53,701 nt of DNA from a virus (taxonomy: Duplodnaviria > Caudoviricetes), in the IMG/VR virus record IMGVR_UViG_3300017971_000343, positions 1 through 53,701 of that record. The stretch is one strand, 5' to 3'. The notes beneath the pieces were generated by a model. That model saw nothing but the letters and a program-made list of their open reading frames with translations, was not told the origin of the DNA and did no database searches. The position numbers were made by a program, and so were the translations under genes. Positions 26,712 to 36,200 of the stretch are shown piece by piece (the first letter of the stretch is position 1; each line of letters begins with the position of its first letter).

Positions 26712-27297
26712 CCTTTTTCTTTTCGTTATTTATATTTTCAATATTAGTAGTTATTCTCTTTATGTCAAATATCGTTTTAAATCCTTTTTCAAAAATATTT
26801 TTTTCTAAGTTTGGGAAAGGTTTTATTAGACAATTAAAAAGATATTCACTATTTTTAACAAAACTTGGGAAATTAATTGCAACAACAGGTATGCTCCTGT
26901 GTTCCTTTAAATAGTCAGCTATTTGATAATATCGTTGCATAGTTACCATAAGCTGACGATCAGGGTCTCCCTTTGTTTCTATGTCTAATCCGCCCCTCCA
27001 GTAACCTTCATCCCATCTTTTTATCCTGCTTTTTGCAACTTCTTCAAAATCTCTACGAAGCCATATGTAATAATCAATATCCCATTGATCCAACCATTTA
27101 ATGTCTTTTGCTGTATGCTCATGATCTTTGATTATATATGCATTCAAGTTTCCTTCGAGAAAAAAAGACCTGAATAATTCCTCGTTTTTGTAAGAATTTT
27201 TCCCGTAACCCGTCTCTAATCCTAAATATGACAACAAACACATCAATATTGTCGAACCTGTTCTTCCTGTCCCACCAACTATTATCTTATGTTTCAT
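26680..27297 (-). CDS. Sulfotransferase-like P-loop protein
   Basis: IIVGGTGRTGST (PAPS-binding-like) and LRRD....S. Confidence 0.6.
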   Translation of the reverse strand: MKHKIIVGGTGRTGSTILMCLLSYLGLETGYGKNSYKNEELFRSFFLEGNLNAYIIKDHEHTAKDIKWLDQWDIDYYIWLRRDFEEVAKSRIKRWDEGYWRGGLDIETKGDPDRQLMVTMQRYYQIADYLKEHRSIPVVAINFPSFVKNSEYLFNCLIKPFPNLEKNIFEKGFKTIFDIKRITTNIENINNEKKKDENESRQDTM

Positions 27298-27982
27298 AAA
27301 TCACCTTATGTCCTGTTAAATGAAATTTTCTATCTGGGTACATATCCCTTATCATTTTTTTTATTTCTTTAGTGCATATATCATAATTAGTAGCCGAAAC
27401 CCCATTTTCGTTGTGATACAATAATCCCCCCACAACATCGACTTTTGAAAAATTAGTAATTTTAGACATTCTCAGCCAGTATTCCCAATCTTGGGCAACT
27501 ACAAAACTTTCATTATAAATACCTATATCTTTCCCCAACTTTTTTCTATATATTACAAATTGCCCAATATAATTATGTCCCTCTAATTTTTCTTTTGAAT
27601 ACTCATCTACATGCACCGTATGCATACCATTTCTGGTGTAATCAAAATTAGAATAAACTACTCCTATATCGGGATTACAATCAAGAAACTCAACCATTTT
27701 ATTGGCACTTTCAGGATACCAGTAATCATCCTGACCTATCCAAGAAATATATTCACCTCTGGATAAAGAAATGCCTTTGTTGAGCGCAGTTGCATGACCA
27801 ACATTTTTAGACAATTCTATATATTCTATAGGTAAATCACAAATTAGCGAATACTCATCCTCTGGCGAAGCATCGTTTACTACAATAGTTTCGGAATTGT
27901 TAGCTGACAAACATGATTCAACAGCCTTTCTCAATTTGCCATGACTATTGTATGCCGGTATTATAAAACTAATTTTTTTCAA
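27287..27982 (-). CDS. GT2 glycosyltransferase
   Basis: SFIIPAYN, VNDAS, QDD, QDWEYWLR. Confidence 0.9.
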   Translation of the reverse strand: MKKISFIIPAYNSHGKLRKAVESCLSANNSETIVVNDASPEDEYSLICDLPIEYIELSKNVGHATALNKGISLSRGEYISWIGQDDYWYPESANKMVEFLDCNPDIGVVYSNFDYTRNGMHTVHVDEYSKEKLEGHNYIGQFVIYRKKLGKDIGIYNESFVVAQDWEYWLRMSKITNFSKVDVVGGLLYHNENGVSATNYDICTKEIKKMIRDMYPDRKFHLTGHKVIYET

Positions 27983-28725
27983 ATTGTTTCCTTTCTTAAA
28001 TTAGAAGGGTTAAACTCTATGCCTGCATAATTGCAATACATCTTATATCTTGCAAGCATCATAAAATATTTTCGTTTACTAAGCAAACCATCATATTTCT
28101 TGCTATGTCTCCACTTATATAATATTTGGGGGATATTGCTAATTTTACATTTGGTCATAAACCTAAAAAATAAATCGTAGTCCTGACATCTTTCAAATAT
28201 CTCATCATACATACCCGCTTCTTTTAACAACGATGTCCTGAACATTATAGAACCATGACAGAATTTATTTCTATTAAAAAAATCTTTTCGGATATCTATA
28301 TCTTTAGTTGGCGATTTCACATCCATTTTAAATTTACCGTTTTCATTTATTATCCTATACCATGTCCCAATTAAACCAAAGCCATCGTTATCTTCTAAAA
28401 AATCAATTTGCCTTACAAATCTATCGGGTAGAGAAATATCGTCTGCATCCTGTCTGGCTATATATTTAATGTTGGGATTATCGTTCAAAACCTGTCTTAT
28501 CAAAAAATTCAAAGATTTAGGAAGTCCATAATTCCCTTCCCTTGTAAATATTTTTATTTTTTCGTTACTTCTATATTCGTTGCAAACTTCATAACTATTA
28601 TCCGTAGCACCATCAATTAAAATGTAAAATAAATAATTATCGTAAATTTGGTTTAATATGGATTGTATGGCATCGTTGACATATTCACCTGCATTATATA
28701 CCGACATTATTACAGCAAGATTCAT
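27979..28725 (-). CDS. GT2 glycosyltransferase
   Basis: VIMSVYN, ARQDADD, QDYDL. Confidence 0.9.
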   Translation of the reverse strand: MNLAVIMSVYNAGEYVNDAIQSILNQIYDNYLFYILIDGATDNSYEVCNEYRSNEKIKIFTREGNYGLPKSLNFLIRQVLNDNPNIKYIARQDADDISLPDRFVRQIDFLEDNDGFGLIGTWYRIINENGKFKMDVKSPTKDIDIRKDFFNRNKFCHGSIMFRTSLLKEAGMYDEIFERCQDYDLFFRFMTKCKISNIPQILYKWRHSKKYDGLLSKRKYFMMLARYKMYCNYAGIEFNPSNLRKETI

Positions 28726-31700
28726 TTTTTATTCCTTACAAACAAATTGGGATGCGAGTCTTTAAAATATTTGCGAATTTTGTCGTCATGCCCTTTAGTA
28801 TATATAATATTATATTCATCTTTAAATTCATAATCGTTATTTTTAGCAAGTTCGTTATATATTTTTGATCCCGGCAACCCGATATATACATTCCTTGATA
28901 CCTGCCCCTTGGGGATATATTTATCTATAAAATTTTCGGTTTCAATACGATCTTGCTCTGTTTCATACGGAGTACCGAAAAGAAAAGAGGCATGCATGTT
29001 CATACCTATTCCCTTGCAATATTTTGCAATCTTTATGTTATCCTCCATTTTAAATCCCGGTTTTAATAAAGGCAATAACCTTTCAGAACCAGTTTCAAAC
29101 CCAATAAACAAACCTTTGCATCCAGCCCCTTGCATTTTATCAAGCAATTCAGGTGATAGATCTCTTACAGATGTTTCGCAATACCAATCTATGTCAATAT
29201 TATTTTGCTTCAAAAGATTACAAAAATTATAAATTCTTTCATTATTGAAACAAAAATTATTTTCCCTGAAGTAAATAGAACCAACACCTTTTTCTGCTTT
29301 TAAATATTCTATGTCTTTAATTATTCTTTCGGCACTTTGAAATCTATACTTATTGCCAGATATAGGACCAGAAGAACAAAAAGAACAATTATATGGACAA
29401 CCACGAGAAGTATTCATGTTGAAAAAAGGCAATTTGGATTTGACATGCGACTTATATTTTCTGTCACCAATCAAGTCATATGCAGGCATTGGCAATCCAT
29501 CTAGTTCTTTTATATATTTTGTCTTTATAACATGATCTTTTATTTTACCACTTATAAGATCTAAAATAACATTTTCAGCTTCACCTATAATAATATGATC
29601 TATTTCATCTGGATAATCTTCGGTTACAGACCAATGCGGACCACCAGATATTATTTTCACATTATGTTTTTGGCTTTTTAGTTTGCGAACCTGATTCATA
29701 ACATCTTTAATGCATATTGTGCAGGCATATATACCTACTATGTCAATATCATTACTTTCTAAATATTCAGAATCATAACTATCGGCAGGACCATAGTAGG
29801 GGTCTTTAAAAAAAATATTATGCCCCTCTTCCCTTAAAATAGAAGCTATGTACCCTAAGCCGATAGGAAATAATTTTTCCGATATACTAAAATAAATATC
29901 GTTTTGAATTGGTGCAGATGCAGTAGTTAATAAAATATTCTTGCAATTTTTCTTTGAATATTTTTTGATAATTTTTTCCCCTATCATTTTTCTAGTGCCA
30001 TCTAATTCAGTAGAATACGTCATGGATTTTTGGGAAATATTTACATCTACCACGATCTTGTCAATAAAATTCCACGCATCAACTCCATATTCGTCTAAAA
30101 CTCTAAAATTCATTTCCATGTCACCCAGACATGGCAATGTGTCATCAAAATACCCGATGTCGTCAAAAATTTCTTTCCTAAACATTCTATTACAAGTAGT
30201 CCAATTCCTACCTGTTTCCAAAGGCGATTCCCCTCTTTTTACCATATTGGCAAGAGTATAATTCTCCTCTGGTATTATGTCGCCACATCTATAATTAAAA
30301 TTTCTATTGGCTTTCCCATATACAGCCTTTATACCATTATTTGTAAATCCAGAAATTAAAAGTTCTAATGCATTTGGTCTAAAAAGATCATCATCATCTA
30401 ATTCTGTTACAAAATCTCCAGTTGCCAATTTTAATCCTGTATTTAAGGAAGCAAAAAGACCTAAATTATTGGAATGCCTAACGTAAATATAATTTTCAAG
30501 TTCAGAATCTTTTATTATATTGCGGACATCATCGCCTCCATCATTTACAACAATAACCTCATAGTTTTCATATGTTTGTTTCTTTATTGATTCCAATGCA
30601 CTTAATAATGGCTTCTCCCTATTGTACGTTGGGACTATAATAGATATTTTTTGCAAAGACGGCACAACTGTTTTGAAAACTCTTAAAACATCCTTAGATG
30701 TTATTGACTTTACACATATATCATTGCCACGTGGGCATTTGAGCTTTCTATTCATAGGACGATCTATAGACCAAATTCTACAGCCTAGACAATTTAAATT
30801 TTCATTGCGAATTGCTTTTAATCTTTCTGGATATAGCAAAACAAGTTCCGGGGGAACGCTACCTAGTATTACAGCACCCGGTTTATAATATGCATTGGCA
30901 ATATGCATTGGGGCACTGTCTATGCCGAAAAAACCAGAACAATTCTTTATAATTCCTGCCGATTCCTCCCATGATAAACCACAGTAACTATCAGCTATGT
31001 CTTGGGTCAAATTCCTACTCTTACCAATTTCTATAATTCTATACCCCATTTTCTTTATTTCCAACAAAGATTCTTTAGCAACATCTATTGGCATATTTCT
31101 TCCATCCCAAGGATTGGGACCCAAATGTACAACTATATATTTAAAATTAAAATATTTTTCTACCCATTCTGCTATTTTGTCGGTAAGAAAAAATTCTGGT
31201 CTTTTGTCTTTTAAATGTATTCCTGATTGTGCCATGTAAGAATCTACAATATGACCAATTGATTCCGATTTATGATACATGCATTCGTATGTCATGTCTA
31301 AGTCTATAACGCAATCGTATTTACTCTCATTTATTTTACTAGAAGTCCCTAAAATATTATCTATCTTTGGGTTATTAACTAATAATCCAGGAGCGTTTGT
31401 CACAATAGTTATTTCTGCGTAAACATTTTCTCTCTTTATCTGTTTTATCAATGGAGTTATTAAAAATACATCGCCAGAAGAAGATGTTCTTTTTATTAAA
31501 TATGATTTTTTAAAACTTTTATTTTTTATATAATTAGAGAATTTATCTACCAATATCTTTTCATTTTTTAAATTATATCCCCTTACATCCTCCCTAACGA
31601 GCCGGGAAGTTGGACACGATTTGTCATGTATCATATTAAAAGGAGTATGCTTTATCTTAAACCCTCGCATCCTTGCACATAAACACAAATCGGAATCCTC

Positions 31701-32552
31701 TGCATACGCAAATTCTAATTCAGGAGAAAATAAACCAAATTCTTCGGCATATTCTTTTTCTATTGCAAGACAACTGCCCTCAATGTAATCATAATTATCG
31801 GAATCAACACTATACCCCTTGCCATTATCTAAAAGACGACATTTAGTTGGTCCGCAAATTTTAACATCATGATCGGAAAACCCGGATAATATTTTATCCA
31901 ACCAGTAATCAGACACCGTAATGTCATTATTTAACATAAGAAAATAACGACCATTGGCTTTTTTAAATGCATATTTTTGCCCGCCGATAAATCCAATGTT
32001 TTTCTTGTGCTTTATTATTATTGTTTTTATGTCGTTCTCTTCCTTAAAAGATTGAATATATTCGTATGTATCATCTTGGCTATTATTATCAGTTAATATT
32101 AATTCATACCTTATATCGCCTTTAGAGTTTAAAATACTATTCAAACACTTTTTCGTTTGATCAATCCTATTGCAACACAATATTGATATGGAAAATATAA
32201 TATCTCTTTCGTCTATCTTGGATATTTTCTGATATTCATCCTGCTCATCTAAATCACCAACATTATCTTGCAATATTTCAATTTCATCTGAAGATATCGG
32301 TGTGTCATCGTAATGCATATTTATTATTTCAGGTCTTTCAATATTCGCAATTTTCGAAACCCCAAACTGATCCAATGCAAATGATGGAACGTCTTTTTCT
32401 TCAACACGTTCCCAGCCTTGAGTCAAAAGTGCTTTTACCGAAGCCCGTTTTTTTACAATACAATACCCTTCAAAACATTTAATTACTCCCTCATAATGAG
32501 TAGTGGTTGTATTCCTAAAATAACCTTTTTTATTCATCCAGTACATTTCCAC
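28722..32552 (-). CDS. Multidomain GT2 - GT9 - GT2 - B12-binding radical SAM fusion
   Basis: GT2 (DNNSQD, LNND, EDSDLC); GT9 (SGDV, GIDSAPMHIA); GT2 (IVPTYNR, DDDD); B12 domain (PIGLGYIA, GGPH, GEAE); radical SAM (TSRGCPYNCSFC). Confidence 0.9.
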   Translation of the reverse strand: MEMYWMNKKGYFRNTTTTHYEGVIKCFEGYCIVKKRASVKALLTQGWERVEEKDVPSFALDQFGVSKIANIERPEIINMHYDDTPISSDEIEILQDNVGDLDEQDEYQKISKIDERDIIFSISILCCNRIDQTKKCLNSILNSKGDIRYELILTDNNSQDDTYEYIQSFKEENDIKTIIIKHKKNIGFIGGQKYAFKKANGRYFLMLNNDITVSDYWLDKILSGFSDHDVKICGPTKCRLLDNGKGYSVDSDNYDYIEGSCLAIEKEYAEEFGLFSPELEFAYAEDSDLCLCARMRGFKIKHTPFNMIHDKSCPTSRLVREDVRGYNLKNEKILVDKFSNYIKNKSFKKSYLIKRTSSSGDVFLITPLIKQIKRENVYAEITIVTNAPGLLVNNPKIDNILGTSSKINESKYDCVIDLDMTYECMYHKSESIGHIVDSYMAQSGIHLKDKRPEFFLTDKIAEWVEKYFNFKYIVVHLGPNPWDGRNMPIDVAKESLLEIKKMGYRIIEIGKSRNLTQDIADSYCGLSWEESAGIIKNCSGFFGIDSAPMHIANAYYKPGAVILGSVPPELVLLYPERLKAIRNENLNCLGCRIWSIDRPMNRKLKCPRGNDICVKSITSKDVLRVFKTVVPSLQKISIIVPTYNREKPLLSALESIKKQTYENYEVIVVNDGGDDVRNIIKDSELENYIYVRHSNNLGLFASLNTGLKLATGDFVTELDDDDLFRPNALELLISGFTNNGIKAVYGKANRNFNYRCGDIIPEENYTLANMVKRGESPLETGRNWTTCNRMFRKEIFDDIGYFDDTLPCLGDMEMNFRVLDEYGVDAWNFIDKIVVDVNISQKSMTYSTELDGTRKMIGEKIIKKYSKKNCKNILLTTASAPIQNDIYFSISEKLFPIGLGYIASILREEGHNIFFKDPYYGPADSYDSEYLESNDIDIVGIYACTICIKDVMNQVRKLKSQKHNVKIISGGPHWSVTEDYPDEIDHIIIGEAENVILDLISGKIKDHVIKTKYIKELDGLPMPAYDLIGDRKYKSHVKSKLPFFNMNTSRGCPYNCSFCSSGPISGNKYRFQSAERIIKDIEYLKAEKGVGSIYFRENNFCFNNERIYNFCNLLKQNNIDIDWYCETSVRDLSPELLDKMQGAGCKGLFIGFETGSERLLPLLKPGFKMEDNIKIAKYCKGIGMNMHASFLFGTPYETEQDRIETENFIDKYIPKGQVSRNVYIGLPGSKIYNELAKNNDYEFKDEYNIIYTKGHDDKIRKYFKDSHPNLFVRNKK

Positions 32553-33256
32553 TCTCCTATATAATATTTCCCTTTTTTATACCCGTTCATTGCAACCCGT
32601 ATTGCCCTTACCCTCAAATCAGAACTCCCCCTGAATCTTTCTATTATTTTATTCTTTAATTCGTTTGGTCTTGCATGATGTTTAAAACATTTCAATGGTC
32701 TGCTCCAGTATTGTGTTTTCAAGCTGACTCTCGCCCAGTCAATATCGTCACATCCCCATTTCACCCCGGTTTCTGGTTCGTAACACCTGAACCCACCAAA
32801 CTCTTTCACAACAGGGTGACGGGCAAATATAACCCTGTACGCCCTGTGATGACAATGGTCTATTGTTATCTTCTCGTTTTCCCCAACTGTCATGCTGTCC
32901 ATTTTAGGCATCTTCTCAAACTCTTTTAACACGTCTTCATCCCATCCCGGCAACGCTTCAATGTTCCCGTCTGCCTTCACAAATATATCTTCAGGATTAG
33001 AATCCGGCATCTCTTTTAACCAGAAAATATTTCTTGCTGTAGCAGGCGATAAATGTTCGCTTGATACTTTAAATTCGTGTATCATACCTTTTTCTTTTAA
33101 TGCAGAAAGTTTAACTTCCATGTCAGGATCAGGGCTATGGTTGTCTACATAAAACACCTGAACATTATCCGGGTTCTTTGCGTTTTGCTTCCAACTAACA
33201 GCACATTGTTCCCATACATCAGGTCTGTTCCATTCAACAATAAATATTTTAAACAT
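32534..33256 (-). CDS. Divergent GT2-fold glycosyltransferase
   Basis: WNR, VDNHS, ARN, KADGN, WGCDDIDW. Confidence 0.65.
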   Translation of the reverse strand: MFKIFIVEWNRPDVWEQCAVSWKQNAKNPDNVQVFYVDNHSPDPDMEVKLSALKEKGMIHEFKVSSEHLSPATARNIFWLKEMPDSNPEDIFVKADGNIEALPGWDEDVLKEFEKMPKMDSMTVGENEKITIDHCHHRAYRVIFARHPVVKEFGGFRCYEPETGVKWGCDDIDWARVSLKTQYWSRPLKCFKHHARPNELKNKIIERFRGSSDLRVRAIRVAMNGYKKGKYYIGEWKCTG

Positions 33257-33266
33257 TTTATTCTCC

Positions 33267-36200
33267 TTATCCCTTCGCTAAATTTTTTGTAAGCCTGTAT
33301 AAATCATTTAGATCATCAAAAGATATGTTCTTTGACATATAATTCACAAGAAATGTCGCACCTGCCAACCCAGAAAAATGATCTGTAACTTTTACAGTGT
33401 CCAATAATTTCAAAGAAGGCAAATATGCAGAATTTATTTCCATCTCTGCCTGCACAGTATTGTATCTTCTTATAATATTATTGGCGATTGTAGTTGCCAC
33501 ATCATCTTCCTGAATATAAGGGTTTTCTATCTTTACTGTCTTGCCATAAGTCAGTGTGCCGGAAGTTGCACTTGCCTGAACAAAATCTTCTCCCGTAACC
33601 ACCGCTTCTTTCACAAGCCGATCCCTTCTCTGCCCTGTATACTTTACCGTTACTGCATTATCATTCTCCGTCAATGTGACTCCGGTAGTTGCAGAATGTG
33701 ATGTTATATTACCCCATGTTTTAAAATAAATGTCCCCCTGATTGTTAGTATATACAACTCCATCACAAGCCTGTGCAAGTTTGAAAAGAACATCCCCGAT
33801 GGATTGCTCTTGGATTGTAACATTGGAAAAATATTGTTCGTAATCCTCTAAAAATATATCTTCACCCGGTATATTTGCTTCAGTAAACAACAGATCATGC
33901 ATTATGTCCTTCACTCTCCATTGCCCCTGATAAATCTTGGGATCTGGAGTATTGTCTACCGGCATCCCCAACTTTGTGTCGATTGCTTCTCTTAATAAAC
34001 TCCTGCAATAAATCTGAGCAGTTTCATCATTTGATATTTCTACCCTGTCAATATAATAGCGTCCGCTTAAATAATACTCACTCCTACTACTAAGCTGAAA
34101 TCCAGTAAATATTCTTATTTCATCACTCAAATAATTCCTGTTATAAAATATTGAACTGGTATCAAGTTCAGAAAAATACCTATCTTCATTGTTTACAATT
34201 AAAGTAACATCTCCGGCTACTATATTGCCAAGATCGTCTGGCTTAACAGGAACTTCAGAATTTAAATCGCTAATAGATGTTATGTAATCTGTAATATTGA
34301 TCTTCTCGTCTTCCCTTGCACCCGAAGCCGGAACTAATTGCACTCTGTATATTGGAGTGGAATTTGTCGAGTTCTGAGCGGTCATAAAAGCTGTCGATGG
34401 AACCTGACCGGGATCTGTATATTCGACAGTAAAATTGTTTACTATAGGGCTTCTGCCTGTAGCATGTGTGTTGGCTAAAATTATTGCCCATCTTACGCTA
34501 TAAAAATAATCAGTAGTTGTTCCCGGCATCGCAACATATGTTTCAGGCATCGTTTGAGTTCCGGCAGATGAAGTTGACCAAACAGAATGCCAAACGGGTT
34601 TTTTCTCCCAACTGGCTGCAATCGTAACCGTATTATTGGAATATAAATAAAAACTACCAGATAAAGTTATGCCAACAGAAAGATTCCCGGTTTCAAATAC
34701 ATCGCCGATTATCGTTCCTGGCCCACCTCTTGGAGGTATCCTGCCTTCACCAGAATACAGCATGTTGTAACTGTCAATCGCCTTAAATAAATGTGGAGCC
34801 TGAATGTTATTCTCGTCCCATTCCCCGGAAGAACCAACATCTATTTGATAATCCCCAGCATTTAATTTGTTAAAATCTTCTGTGTATAACTGACATTCTG
34901 CACAATCAGTTGTCTTATTTGTCATATTAAGAGCATATCCCAGATAGCCACCTTCAATTACCGTTGCTCCTCCACGAAGATATAAAGTATTGCCCTTCCC
35001 TGAATTGTCTGTTATTAAATTTCCTGCACCCTCAAAATTGCTGGCAAAATCCCAGAAACCTAAACTTTGGTGCATGTCGGCCATTGCCCCATCATCCGAT
35101 AAGTCGAACTTATACCAGGGTGGCATAGGAAAGCTTGCATCCCCATTATTTATGAATTGCCTGTATGTAGGAACCATACCGCCAACTTCTCCCTGAGGAT
35201 TGATGAAAAGGATATCTAATCCAATATCGCAATGCCCTATATAACCCACTGTATATCCAGCTTTTTTGTTTTGATCCTGCAATGCTAAATTATAACCGTT
35301 CCCTAACATTGGTGGCATTGATAGGCTTGGGTCTAAAATTTTAGGACCTTCGCTACTTACGGATGTATACCCTTTCTTCCAGATAACATCCGGCAGACCA
35401 TAACCCTGACCATCCTGATTGCTCGTATTATAAGTAAAACTAAACATATGATTTATGTCAACAGATGGAAGATGCACGGACATATAGCCAGAGGGGTATG
35501 TTGATGTATCGAGATAATCTCTAACCAAATCCCTCCATTGCTGTGACGATTTGAGATGTCCCTGAGCAAGCATTACTCCATGATATGAAGCACCGGGGAA
35601 TTGTTGAACATTTGAAAATCCCCACGGTCCAATAGGATTTAATAGATCGCAATCATAAGTATCATCTCCGTTGTCTGTTACGTTTACAATTCTATTTAAT
35701 TGAACCTGAGCTCCACTCATGTATTCTGTTGCACCTACGGCAGGTCTACCCCAGAATAAAATATCCTGACCGCTACCTTCATAATCAGTAACTCCGTCAA
35801 CCCAAGAATATTGCCTTGTCAAAGTTACAGATGTATCCCCTTCTACAACTCCGTTTGTCATCATCCATGGACTTCTCGCAAAATAATCGGCACCACCCCA
35901 ACCATTTTCAAAACCGTTGCCCCCACCAATTCTCGGCATCATGGAGACCCGGTAACATTCAAGTTGATCCCCTGTAAATTGAGCAACAATATAATTCCAG
36001 TGATCATGCATCAGAAAATGTCCAAAACCCATATTCATACTTTGCTCAGGTGTAGGCTCTGCCGTATACCATTGACCATCGACATAAGCATGTGCCTGCA
36101 CCATATTTTCATGCGTTACTTCAACCCAGAAATTACCCATATCAAATAATACGGCACCATCAACGGGAGGGTATCCCAGACTTGACATTGGATAAACAAG

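Noticed and set aside
20247-33256. Glycosyltransferase cluster as host chromosome or assembly chimera
   Set aside because: It is co-oriented and tightly packed with phage genes on both sides, shares an N-terminal module with the capsid-adjacent gene, and lacks the transport and nucleotide-sugar genes of a bacterial polysaccharide locus.
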